A DNA stretch of 59,682 nt from a virus (lineage: Duplodnaviria; Caudoviricetes), in IMG/VR virus record IMGVR_UViG_3300043466_003081, positions 1 to 59,682 of that record; one strand, written 5' to 3'. Position 1 is the stretch's first letter. Every line of letters begins with the position of its first letter. This document shows, one piece after another, positions 45,635 to 54,456 of this stretch. Under the pieces are notes generated by a model. The model made no database searches. It was not told where the DNA came from and worked only from the letters and a program-made list of their open reading frames with translations. Both the position numbers and the translations under genes were made by a program.

Positions 45635-46057
45635 ATGTATCAACTAGGCAACAAATCTAAAGACAAGTTAAAGGGTGTTCATCCTAACTTAGTGCGAGTT
45701 ATTGAAAAGGCTATTGAGCTATCCTCTCAAGACTTTATGGTATTAGAAGGGTTACGTACTCCTGAACGTCAAGCAGAGCTTTATGCTCAAGGTCGTACTA
45801 AACCAGGCCAAGTAGTTACTTGGACACTAAAATCAAGACATTTTGTTCAAGCAGATGGTTGGGGTCATGCAGTAGATATTGCTCCGTATCCTCTTGACTG
45901 GAATGATTTATCAAAGTTTGAAGCTATTGCTGATGCAATGTTTCAAGCTTCAAAAGAACTTGGTACTCCGATTCGTTGGGGTGCTGACTGGGACCAAGAT
46001 GGTCGTCCTCGTGAAAAAGGCGAAACAGATAGTCCCCATTTCGAGCTAGTAGTGTAA
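45635..46057 (+). CDS. endolysin, M15 L-alanyl-D-glutamate peptidase
   Basis: LKGVHPNL, EGLRT.ERQ..LY.QGRT, SRH...GHAVD, IRWGADW, DSPHFEL. Confidence 0.93.
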   Translation: MYQLGNKSKDKLKGVHPNLVRVIEKAIELSSQDFMVLEGLRTPERQAELYAQGRTKPGQVVTWTLKSRHFVQADGWGHAVDIAPYPLDWNDLSKFEAIADAMFQASKELGTPIRWGADWDQDGRPREKGETDSPHFELVV

Positions 46058-46266
46058 TGAAAACTTACAAGCGTGAAGCGGCTATAGCAATCATCTTTTA
46101 TCTTTGTTACTTGGGACTATACGGTCGTGTAGAAGCTCTAGAAGTTATCGCTTGGCCCTTCATGCTTTTTGTTGGAGCGGCCTTTGGTATGGATTGGGCA
46201 GGTAAACAAACTAACCTAGTATCAAGAAAGAGAGAATACACAGATGATGAGCTTAATAACAAATAA
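46057..46266 (+). CDS. putative holin
   Basis: Two TM helices, charged C-terminus, between endolysin and spanins. Confidence 0.6.
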   Translation: MKTYKREAAIAIIFYLCYLGLYGRVEALEVIAWPFMLFVGAAFGMDWAGKQTNLVSRKREYTDDELNNK

Positions 46267-46489
46267 ACTTATGATAGGAGCGGTTATTCTTCTTCTTAGC
46301 CTAGCAAGTGTAGCAAGCTATTACTTGTACAACAAAGGTTTTAAAGCTAAAGAGCAAGAGGTAATCATACAACAACAAGAAACTTACATTCAAACTAGGA
46401 GAAGGATCGATGAAGCCACTAGTGATAACCGTTCTGTTAACGATGCTCTTGACAGGTTGCGGGCTAGGCAAAAATCTAGGAGTAAATGA
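46244..46489 (+). CDS. i-spanin (Rz-like)
   Basis: N-terminal TM plus coiled coil; overlapped by a lipoprotein gene. Confidence 0.7.
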   Translation: MMSLITNKLMIGAVILLLSLASVASYYLYNKGFKAKEQEVIIQQQETYIQTRRRIDEATSDNRSVNDALDRLRARQKSRSK

Positions 46490-46631
46490 GAAAGGACTAT
46501 GTGACGGTTTGTCACCTAAAATAGACCGATTAAATGACGCTCTTTTGATTGACGGTGGTCAACAAACTATCCTTGCTGGTGAAGATGTAATTATAGGATT
46601 TGATGCAGGATGTTATGGACCAGTGGATTGA
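46410..46631 (+). CDS. o-spanin (Rz1-like lipoprotein)
   Basis: Signal peptide with LLTG-C lipobox; starts inside the i-spanin in another frame. Confidence 0.75.
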   Translation: MKPLVITVLLTMLLTGCGLGKNLGVNEKGLCDGLSPKIDRLNDALLIDGGQQTILAGEDVIIGFDAGCYGPVD

Positions 46632-46851
46632 CAAAATTATTGCAGGAGCAATAGCTACTGTCTTTGCTTCTATTACTTGGTTAGTTCGAACAGTTTTAAC
46701 TAACAATCGTAAAATTGAGTTGCTACAATTAGAAATCAAAAATAGAGATCAACGTAGAGAAGAAGATCGTAAAGCAGTAGCTGAAATAAAACAAGAAATG
46801 AAGGACCTTCGTAAAGAACTTCATGATTACTTTTTTAGCAAGATAGACTAA
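46615..46851 (+). CDS. TM plus coiled-coil protein (lysis-cassette accessory)
   Basis: IIAGAIATVFASITWLV TM then coiled coil; AGGA RBS. Confidence 0.6.
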   Translation: MDQWIDKIIAGAIATVFASITWLVRTVLTNNRKIELLQLEIKNRDQRREEDRKAVAEIKQEMKDLRKELHDYFFSKID

Positions 46852-46852
46852 C

Positions 46853-46916
46853 AAAAAAAAAAAAAAAAGAAAAGTGGATAGCCCCCGCCAGCGCAATGCT
46901 GACAGGGGCTTTCTTA
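46853..46916. terminator. bidirectional terminator between convergent arms
   Basis: AGCCCC.GCCAGC-GCAAT-GCTGAC.GGGGCT hairpin; TTCTT on plus and a long A-tract (T-tract on minus) on the other side. Confidence 0.75.
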
Positions 46917-47762
46917 TTAAAAGTTATTTATTACTAAGTTATTATAGCGTACTGCTGCTGCTGCTACAGGTTCTGCAAGTACCCAATCACCTGTAATTGT
47001 ATTTGTCTTTTGAATCTTAATCTCTCCTTTTTTCATGTTGTCTATTTTAAGCTGCAACTCAGGATGCAGCCTGTTAAGATAACCGTAAACTTTATTCTTG
47101 AAGTAAGCTGGGTGATCTAGGAAGTCTTCAGCCCAGTAACTGAAAGGAAAGTCAGTTAGCCCCCATTGAAACAACTCACCTAAGCTCTCACAGTTTAGTA
47201 CAAGTTCTCTTAACGCAGGTGCTTCTACAGGCAACCCTAGTGCTACTAACTTTTCTATATGTACTTCTGGCTTATTAAACCGTTCAACAATATACTCGAA
47301 ACAATAACAATAAGTCTCTAGCATTAGTACTAGATCTTCTTTAGATACCTTCCTTTTCTTGTCCGCAAAGTGAAGATCTCGAAAGATAGCCGCAAGATAT
47401 TGATCGTTCATCCTTTCAGTGATCACTAACTTTCTGTTGAAGCTAAAGAAGCGATTCCTTTCAAAGTTCTTGAAAGAATACTCTTCTAGCACCCTCAAAA
47501 AGTCTAACTTAAAGATAGAAAGATCCTCCTTGTAGTCAGTACCGAAGTCTTTTGGTTCTGGTCCTCCTGCAAAGTAAAGATTGAAGTCATGCAGCATTGT
47601 TTGTGCAAGAAGCTGCCTGTTTTCTTCTGAGTAGTGAGTTCTCCAGTCTGCCCTGACTTTTAGCCAAAACTCTGAAGATTCATAGCTCCATCCTAGATAA
47701 TCAGGCTCAAACACCTTTTGAATCTGGTATAGTACTTTAGATACTTTTCGAAAATTAATCAT
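46917..47762 (-). CDS. hypothetical protein
   Basis: 281-aa ORF at the end of the amidoligase cluster. Confidence 0.65.
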   Translation of the reverse strand: MINFRKVSKVLYQIQKVFEPDYLGWSYESSEFWLKVRADWRTHYSEENRQLLAQTMLHDFNLYFAGGPEPKDFGTDYKEDLSIFKLDFLRVLEEYSFKNFERNRFFSFNRKLVITERMNDQYLAAIFRDLHFADKKRKVSKEDLVLMLETYCYCFEYIVERFNKPEVHIEKLVALGLPVEAPALRELVLNCESLGELFQWGLTDFPFSYWAEDFLDHPAYFKNKVYGYLNRLHPELQLKIDNMKKGEIKIQKTNTITGDWVLAEPVAAAAVRYNNLVINNF

Positions 47763-48552
47763 TCTTCAGCCTGTCAAACATTGCTACATAGTCTTCGATA
47801 GTAGAACCTTCTAGCCCTGGGGCAGTGTTTAGCTCTAGAGCATAAGCTGTTGCTTGCCTTTCATTGTAGATAACATCGACTGCACCAAAGTCAAGACCAG
47901 TTACAGCTAGCGCCTTCACTGCTTGCTCTTTGCAACCTTCTGGAACATCGATGTCTTGTTTTGCAAAGATGAAACCATTTGCATGATTTCGGATTTGGTA
48001 GTCCACTTCCTCATTAGGTACATCTTTCTTTTTCAGCTTTTCTTGAATGCAGAACACACCTGCTTTACGATCTACGTGGAAACGAAACTCACGTTTTTTT
48101 GGAACGTAAACAACAAACATAGTGCCTTCAGCAATAGGAGCGAGATCCTCTACTGTGTTTACTTTTACGATACCTTCACCAGAGTGACCTGCTAGTACTG
48201 TACGAGCAAACAGCTTCTTAGGCTTATCTTCTGTTAGCCATTGTCGAGCTTGCTCTTTACTAAATGTAAACTCAGGAACATTAGGACCAGCTTCACCTGC
48301 TTCTTTAGCCAACTCAAAAAAGTTTTTCTTGTTACTAGCACGGTTAACTAAACTGGGTGGGTTAATAACTTTAGTCAGCCGCAGGATATCTGGTTCCATA
48401 GTTGTAGAACCCCAGTTAACTACTGTTTTTCGAGTGGAGGGTTTAAACTTAGAGTTCTCCAAGCGAATAACTTTACCTTGGATACCCTGAGCAAGAGCAA
48501 TAGCGCTGTTAGACCCTTGACGATAGGGGTAGACGAAGTTTTCAGTAGCCAT
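47755..48552 (-). CDS. ATP-grasp ligase (RimK/phiEco32-like)
   Basis: VVNWG, GHSGEGI, EFRFHV, IRNHANGF, GLDFGAVDVI, LELNTAPGL. Confidence 0.88.
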   Translation of the reverse strand: MATENFVYPYRQGSNSAIALAQGIQGKVIRLENSKFKPSTRKTVVNWGSTTMEPDILRLTKVINPPSLVNRASNKKNFFELAKEAGEAGPNVPEFTFSKEQARQWLTEDKPKKLFARTVLAGHSGEGIVKVNTVEDLAPIAEGTMFVVYVPKKREFRFHVDRKAGVFCIQEKLKKKDVPNEEVDYQIRNHANGFIFAKQDIDVPEGCKEQAVKALAVTGLDFGAVDVIYNERQATAYALELNTAPGLEGSTIEDYVAMFDRLKND

Positions 48553-48553
48553 G

Positions 48554-49381
48554 TTATTTAGTCTCCCAGTTGTTTAGAAATACCCAGTGTTGGATTTGAC
48601 GAATACCCTCATACAAGGATTCTTCGAAGTTAGGTTTGCTGATTTGTTTTTCAGCATGAGCACCCAGTAGTTTTCTTACTACTTCTGCTCCCCCGTTTGC
48701 AGACATGCTGTTTAACAATTCTACAGGACTAGAGAACTCTTTTACTGTATTCTCTTTTAAAGTCAAAAAGAGATCAGCCCACTCAATAATCTTGTCTGCT
48801 GTTTGTGGAGTACGTAAGGCTCGGAACTCAAGAGAACCAAACTTAGAGACACTAACAAGATTCATTGCACCATAGCGCAAATTCTCGTTAGAGAAAATAC
48901 CACCATCGGCTAGGAAGTCTCGATGCGTAAGACAACCCATAATACCTGTGTTAACATAGTCTGCATCTGACAATCGCAAACAGAACAAATTACCTTGTCG
49001 TTCTTCTCCTGCATCTTCTGTTAGAAGATTCTCTAGACAGTAATAAGCAGCCATTACAGTGAACAACTGCTTGACAGTAAGTCGTTGGCAGTTGACATGT
49101 ACGTGAACACCTGCTCGCATAGAGTCATTGACTTTACCGTCTAGGTATAGGTAAAGATTCCTGACTTCTGCAAAAGCTACTTCTTTAGCTAGAGGTTTAG
49201 AGAAGACATACTCTTTAGCTTCACCACGTAAAGAACCATCATTCAGAACTTTCCAATAGCTATCTGGAATTTGAATGGGTAGTTTTTGATTTGACTCTAC
49301 CTCAACTTCAATTCCAAGATCACCTTCTTTAAGAGAGTGACCGAATACTTCGTATACTTTTTTAGCGAGAAAGTTTGTCAT
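48554..49381 (-). CDS. putative amidoligase (Amidoligase_2-like)
   Basis: GIEVEVE, W....DGSLR...EYV, AGVHVHVN, RYGAMN, GSLEFR. Confidence 0.85.
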   Translation of the reverse strand: MTNFLAKKVYEVFGHSLKEGDLGIEVEVESNQKLPIQIPDSYWKVLNDGSLRGEAKEYVFSKPLAKEVAFAEVRNLYLYLDGKVNDSMRAGVHVHVNCQRLTVKQLFTVMAAYYCLENLLTEDAGEERQGNLFCLRLSDADYVNTGIMGCLTHRDFLADGGIFSNENLRYGAMNLVSVSKFGSLEFRALRTPQTADKIIEWADLFLTLKENTVKEFSSPVELLNSMSANGGAEVVRKLLGAHAEKQISKPNFEESLYEGIRQIQHWVFLNNWETK

Positions 49382-49967
49382 TGCCGACCTCTTTTGTGAA
49401 CTCTTCTTCGATAAAGTTAAACGCAGTGTACAGCTTAAACTTATCGTCTTTTGTTAGATCACCAACAGTAAACCCTTTATAAAGCAACTTGTACTTACTA
49501 CTTAGAGCAAAGTTTTTGCTAAAAGCAATATCACCATTACATTCTTCAGCTAGCTCAATAACCGTGTCAAAGCTTTGGTATCTATTCCTCAGACACTTGT
49601 CGACACTCTTTGCGTTACTCTCTAGCCAGTTTTCAGAGAGGTTGTTATAAGACCCATTACGAACATGAGACAACTGAGAAGAACGTAGACCTTGACGAAA
49701 GTCTCTCCGAATCGGAAGACGACTAATAAACATAGCTGTTCCCGAATAAGAGTCATTAACATAACCTAGCTTTCCAATAGAGAAGTCTAGGTCTTTAATG
49801 TGCAACTTAACTTCGTTTCGGTCTTCATCAAAAGCAATGATTGTAGCTTTATCTAAGTCATTAGTCTTAGAGTAGATATCAACAATCTTATAGAAGCCTT
49901 TTTCTTTACCTTTCATGTAACTAGAGTTAAGCCTTGATCTTGCATAGCTTGCATCGTTATTGAACAT
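49362..49967 (-). CDS. hypothetical protein of the amidoligase cluster
   Basis: 201 aa; LGYVN and R.P.R..RQGL segments. Confidence 0.65.
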   Translation of the reverse strand: MFNNDASYARSRLNSSYMKGKEKGFYKIVDIYSKTNDLDKATIIAFDEDRNEVKLHIKDLDFSIGKLGYVNDSYSGTAMFISRLPIRRDFRQGLRSSQLSHVRNGSYNNLSENWLESNAKSVDKCLRNRYQSFDTVIELAEECNGDIAFSKNFALSSKYKLLYKGFTVGDLTKDDKFKLYTAFNFIEEEFTKEVGNDKLSR

Positions 49968-50802
49968 ATTGTGCCTTTAGGTTGTTAAAGATAGCTTCAC
50001 CAAGATAAGCCCAATTACTATTAATAATTTCCTGTGAAGGAAGGTTAATAGCTCCTTTGAAGAAGGCTTGGTTATTAGCACTCTTCCTCTGCTTTTTATC
50101 CATCAAGCTTGTAATCGCTTGAATAGTAGTGTCGTACACAAAACCAATTAACTCGTCAGACTTCAACCATTGATTAGAACCAGAGCGATACTCCATGCCA
50201 TAAGGTTTAGGACGGAAAGCACCCGCAGCACCGTAGATAGAACGACGAAGAGCATCTTTGTCCCAAGCAAGAGAAGCTGCACCCATGTAGTAGTCCATTT
50301 CCGCGGCTAGAGCAGCACAAGCCTCGATATGCTTAGGGTCTCGAGTAGGTAACCCAGCAGCCCAACCAATGTGCACATGACCACCTGCTGATCGAATGTT
50401 AGGATCAGGTAGTTTAGGACGAGGATTCTTGTCTAGAGTATAAGCATTGTAGTCAGGATCACAACCTAGCTCAAGAGCTTCTTCAGGTTGAACAGCCATG
50501 ATCTCTGGAGAGAACTTGGCAATAGATGAAACTGACAGACTGTGACCTTCTGGCAGCATTTCCTTTAGTTGAGTTAGTACATCATTAATACGATAGATGA
50601 AGTCCCTTTTATTGGTGGCAGGATCGATACCGAACTCGAGAGCCATACCATCTACCTGAACCATACCGTTACGTACTTTGAGTGGTTCTGTTTTTGTTCC
50701 GGGAATCATTCCGTGAGCACTAACAAACTCACCTTTAGCATTAGTAACAAATACTTCAGGGTCACAGCCAATAAGGAATTCTACGTTATTGATGATAGTC
50801 AT
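49957..50802 (-). CDS. phiEco32-like COOH-NH2 ligase type 2
   Basis: IGCDPEVF, IPGTK.EP, DGMALEF, GCDPDYNAY, RSAGGHVHIG, RR.IYG.AGAFRPKPYGMEYR. Confidence 0.9.
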   Translation of the reverse strand: MTIINNVEFLIGCDPEVFVTNAKGEFVSAHGMIPGTKTEPLKVRNGMVQVDGMALEFGIDPATNKRDFIYRINDVLTQLKEMLPEGHSLSVSSIAKFSPEIMAVQPEEALELGCDPDYNAYTLDKNPRPKLPDPNIRSAGGHVHIGWAAGLPTRDPKHIEACAALAAEMDYYMGAASLAWDKDALRRSIYGAAGAFRPKPYGMEYRSGSNQWLKSDELIGFVYDTTIQAITSLMDKKQRKSANNQAFFKGAINLPSQEIINSNWAYLGEAIFNNLKAQYVQ

Positions 50803-50819
50803 TTCCTAAGTCCTTCTAG

Positions 50820-51905
50820 TTAGGAAGCGTGTTTCCATTCTTTAGAACATGCAAGGCAGATAGGTGTTTCTCTATCCATCCACTTTACAAATCCTTCTAC
50901 ATGATCTTCGTATTCCAAGTCTGTTTGGCACATAGCGCAACCGTCTCGAGCATCTTTGTCAAACTCCTCTTTAGTGATGTAGGATCGATCCAACCAACCG
51001 GAGGCTGGACGAAAGGGTTCTTTTGATTTGTTAACCTCGCTAGCCCAGTTAGGCTTTTTGTGGTTTAACAATTTGACATGCTTATTAGCAAAGGTAGTTA
51101 CAACGCCCGTATTCCGATCCCCATAAGAACTGTTGGTAGGCTTCACTACTAAAGGGGCTACGGAGTTTACTTTTACCTCCTCGATTTTGTTGTCACCTAG
51201 AACAATCTCTACATGCTCGTTTACTGGAAACTCTTTAATGTTTTTAACAAGTTCACCGAGTTTACCTTTTACAAGAGCTACTCTTAGAATCCACTCCTCA
51301 CTAGCATAAGCATAAACTGTTTTAGTTTCATTGTGAGTTAGAAACAAAGATCGTTCTTTGTTGCGGTAGATATTGAAGGTTTTCTTTTCAGAATCCCACC
51401 AAGTCATTGCCGCTGCACCAGTAACAGTATCCATGATCTTCTTGATAGACCAACCTTTGCTTAGAGCAAAGATTAGCTTTTCAGAATCAGTATGACCAGA
51501 GATAGCTTCTCCTGTTGGAAGAACCAGCAGCCCTCCGCTAATAGTTCCATTATGACAACCAGTGATTGAACCATGATGGAAAGGGTGAGCATTAGTAGCA
51601 TTAACTGCACCAATAGTAGCTGCGCGGTTATGCCCCATTAGGAAGTCAAACCGTTCAGTTAGTTTGTTATGCAGCATACCTTTATGGTCAAACAATTCTG
51701 GAAACTTACGTGTCAAGTTAGAAGGATGACCTTCTGTTTTAGCAACAATTACTTGTGAACGATCTTTCTTACCTACGAAAGACTTACGAAGAGCAATGCC
51801 CGTGGAGTCTTCTCCTCGAACAGTATCTAGATGTAGCATCCATTTGAATGCTTCAAGATGTAGAGTGGAGAGATTTGCTCCCACAATACCGACTAGTCCA
51901 CACAT
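50820..51905 (-). CDS. class II (Ntn) glutamine amidotransferase
   Basis: N-terminal MCGLVG, RGEDSTG, GHNRAAT, NAHPF, HNGT, DSE; C-terminal CxxC...CxxC. Confidence 0.9.
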   Translation of the reverse strand: MCGLVGIVGANLSTLHLEAFKWMLHLDTVRGEDSTGIALRKSFVGKKDRSQVIVAKTEGHPSNLTRKFPELFDHKGMLHNKLTERFDFLMGHNRAATIGAVNATNAHPFHHGSITGCHNGTISGGLLVLPTGEAISGHTDSEKLIFALSKGWSIKKIMDTVTGAAAMTWWDSEKKTFNIYRNKERSLFLTHNETKTVYAYASEEWILRVALVKGKLGELVKNIKEFPVNEHVEIVLGDNKIEEVKVNSVAPLVVKPTNSSYGDRNTGVVTTFANKHVKLLNHKKPNWASEVNKSKEPFRPASGWLDRSYITKEEFDKDARDGCAMCQTDLEYEDHVEGFVKWMDRETPICLACSKEWKHAS

Positions 51906-52507
51906 TATAGCATTCCTTGGAATTTATGTTTCATTAGTTCAGCAAAGAAGTCTACCCCGTTTTCAGGGCAGTTTGAGTACTCTGGATGGTATTGTACACC
52001 TAAGAATCCACAGCCAGTAGCTACTACTACCTCTGTAGAGCCTTCATGGCTTACGTACACTTCATCTGCATAGTCTACCTCATGGATAGGTACACACTGG
52101 TGATGAGAAGAGTTGATAGTTAACCCTTCCCATCCTTCGATTTCTTCCTCATCCATAGCTAGTAGGCGATGTGGTGTTCCTGCATGACCTGAGATATGCT
52201 GGATCAGTGTACCTCCATTAGCTACGTGTAACAACTGTAAACCTCTACAAATACCTAACATTGGAATCTGCTTTAGTTTACCTGCAATAACTGTGCAGAA
52301 GTCTTGGTAGTCAACGTCACTGTCAGAGTAGGTACCTCTAAGTTTTTCCGCATTATACAGAGAAGGAGAAACATCATACCCTCCTCCAAAAACAATGAAG
52401 TCAGGTGTTTCCTTATCACTAACCTCTTGATAACCTAGTTTTCGTAGAAGACTAGCTACACCATAGTCGAAGCGACTCATTAGAAACTTAGCTGCCATGT
52501 TATTCAC
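51905..52507 (-). CDS. class I glutamine amidotransferase / peptidase C26
   Basis: GGGYDVSPSLY, LGICRGLQ, NSSHHQ, GVQYHPE catalytic triad motifs. Confidence 0.9.
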   Translation of the reverse strand: MNNMAAKFLMSRFDYGVASLLRKLGYQEVSDKETPDFIVFGGGYDVSPSLYNAEKLRGTYSDSDVDYQDFCTVIAGKLKQIPMLGICRGLQLLHVANGGTLIQHISGHAGTPHRLLAMDEEEIEGWEGLTINSSHHQCVPIHEVDYADEVYVSHEGSTEVVVATGCGFLGVQYHPEYSNCPENGVDFFAELMKHKFQGML

Positions 52508-53486
52508 CTAGTTTGAGTTGTTTAGAAAGCATCTCGATTGGAGTCAGGTTAATAGGCACTCCATTCGAATCAGCCTTGTCTGTAATGATAAACGATTTCA
52601 ACTCGTCAATAGCATCCTGCCACAAAGAAGTGTAATCTACCTCAACCACTTCTGCTGCAGTGTTAAACAACATTGAGCCGTTACCACGCATAATCTCAGA
52701 GAAAGATTGTTGCAGTTCAAACTCGTTTCTTCCTGTATACTCTTTAGCTAGAGGAGACAAGATGTAGTTACTGTTAGCTGGCCAGCGTCCTTGTGTAAAG
52801 CTAATCTGGTTTACCCAACCAAAAGGTTTGTTAGGATCATCTTTACACATATCTTTTAGTGCAGCTATAGACTCAGCGTACACTAGCGGTAGATGCGCAC
52901 TATTAGAAGAATGTAGGCTATCACGAAGACTTTTTACTCGAGGAGTTCGTGTTGCCTTGACAGTTTTCTTGTCAGAAACAAGATTCAACTCAGTAGCTAC
53001 AAGCAGCAGCAACATAGGGTGAATATCATAGCCTGAGGCTAGAATATCATAGACTGCATGCATAAACTTTTTAAACTCACTAGTACTTAGACGAGCTAAC
53101 TGAGCAGCACCCAACCACTTAGCCGCAGATACGTCTACTCGTTTAACGAAACCATGACGAAGACTTAGTACAGGGTCTTTACAAAGAAAAACATCAGAGA
53201 AGAAGCTCTTATTAATCAGCCAGTCGTAGAACTGAATTGCTCCTTGATCATTCTCTAATTTGTTATCAGCCATAGTAATAACAGCAAGAGCTTTGTCTCG
53301 ATAAATTGCACTGTTTACTGCTGCATGGCAAGCTCCTTGGACTATACCTCTAGTCCGATAACTACCTTCTGGATCATCATTGTGAGCAACGTAACCTGTC
53401 ATAGCATAGGTGCTATTTCTGTAACCTTCAAAGATTTGATCGTAAAAGCCTTCAGCATGTTGACGTAGTACAGTTTGAATATCCAT
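52500..53486 (-). CDS. hypothetical protein, first gene of the amidoligase cluster
   Basis: 328-aa ORF with GAGG RBS. Confidence 0.65.
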   Translation of the reverse strand: MDIQTVLRQHAEGFYDQIFEGYRNSTYAMTGYVAHNDDPEGSYRTRGIVQGACHAAVNSAIYRDKALAVITMADNKLENDQGAIQFYDWLINKSFFSDVFLCKDPVLSLRHGFVKRVDVSAAKWLGAAQLARLSTSEFKKFMHAVYDILASGYDIHPMLLLLVATELNLVSDKKTVKATRTPRVKSLRDSLHSSNSAHLPLVYAESIAALKDMCKDDPNKPFGWVNQISFTQGRWPANSNYILSPLAKEYTGRNEFELQQSFSEIMRGNGSMLFNTAAEVVEVDYTSLWQDAIDELKSFIITDKADSNGVPINLTPIEMLSKQLKLGE

Positions 53487-53526
53487 TTTAGGACCTCTTA
53501 GCTAGGTTAAGTAAAAAGCCCAGTTT

Positions 53527-53769
53527 TCACTGGGCCTTTGTTGAGGGTAGTTCTTTGTCTTTACCGCAAACATAGCGGCCAACAACTTCAAAAGTAAGAA
53601 GTCTCTTTTCATCTTCCATTAGCACGACAAGATAAACATCTTGGAAAGTTATAACCCAAGAATCTCTTAGACCAATAGAATGACTTACGATTCTTTCTAC
53701 TTTTTCTCCTTCGATTTTGATGATGTCTCCTCGTTTAAGGGAACACCATTCTTCATACAGAGTAGACAT
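53527..53769 (-). CDS. hypothetical protein
   Basis: Likely start MSTLYEEW. Confidence 0.5.
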   Translation of the reverse strand: MSTLYEEWCSLKRGDIIKIEGEKVERIVSHSIGLRDSWVITFQDVYLVVLMEDEKRLLTFEVVGRYVCGKDKELPSTKAQ

Positions 53770-53983
53770 GACGTTGAAACTCTGTAGCACCACCAATGTA
53801 GTTTTCCATAGTCATAGACTCTTTAAAAATAGCTGGAACAGTCTTTAAGCCGTTGTCTTGCATAAACTCCATAACACTCTCTACAGGAACAATCTTGTAG
53901 TCTAATCCTGCTTTGTCTGCAAGATTCTTAGCCATTTCGCAGTAAATGCATTTTGGTGTTTGTCTAGTTATGATGTAGTACAA
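53753..53983 (-). CDS. glutaredoxin (RNR reductant)
   Basis: CIYC active site, TVPAIF, YIGG. Confidence 0.85.
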   Translation of the reverse strand: MYYIITRQTPKCIYCEMAKNLADKAGLDYKIVPVESVMEFMQDNGLKTVPAIFKESMTMENYIGGATEFQRHVYSV

Positions 53984-54456
53984 GCAAACTCTCCATGTAG
54001 TTTTTTAGATGCTTCTTGATAAACCATAGCTGCTTCTTCTGGAGTTTTAAAAACTCCTAAATGTTTTTGTTTTCCATTTATCATTATCTGAGAATAATAT
54101 CCTCCATAATGGTTAGAGTATCTAACTCCTTTGTAGCCAGTAGAATTTTTAATTGTTTTACTGGTATTGAACAAATTTTGAGATATTGTAGCTAGTCGAA
54201 GATTTTCTATCATGTTGTTATTTTTAATTCTATCAACATGATCTATTACATACCCTTCAGGTATAGGTCCATTAAAGAGTTCATAGATAACTCTATGGAC
54301 TTTATATGTTTTCTTATTGACTTGAACATGCATATAACCCGAACTATGCAAATGACCTGCTTTTTTATCCTTTTTAGATCTATTATTGATAGTTTCCTTC
54401 CAAAATAAAAAACCATCTTTATAATAGAAATACTCTTCCCAATTTAAGCTTCGCAT
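53968..54456 (-). CDS. HNH homing endonuclease with AP2-like C-terminal domain
   Basis: VHRVIYE...IDHVDR...NN..ENLRLAT..QN; TGYKGV...HLG.F.T.EEAA..Y..A...LHGEFA; more AT-rich than flanks. Confidence 0.92.
   Translation of the reverse strand: MRSLNWEEYFYYKDGFLFWKETINNRSKKDKKAGHLHSSGYMHVQVNKKTYKVHRVIYELFNGPIPEGYVIDHVDRIKNNNMIENLRLATISQNLFNTSKTIKNSTGYKGVRYSNHYGGYYSQIMINGKQKHLGVFKTPEEAAMVYQEASKKLHGEFACTTS

Noticed and set aside
46853-46868. Long A homopolymer as a phase-variation tract
   Set aside because: Intergenic and next to a terminator hairpin; explained as the U-tract for minus-strand transcripts
53493-53504. Partial promoter motif ACCTCTTAGCTA on plus
   Set aside because: Only 12 bp, lacks the TAAAG start region, faces against the genes and doubles as the GAGG RBS of the 52500..53486 gene; kept only as a possible degenerate site
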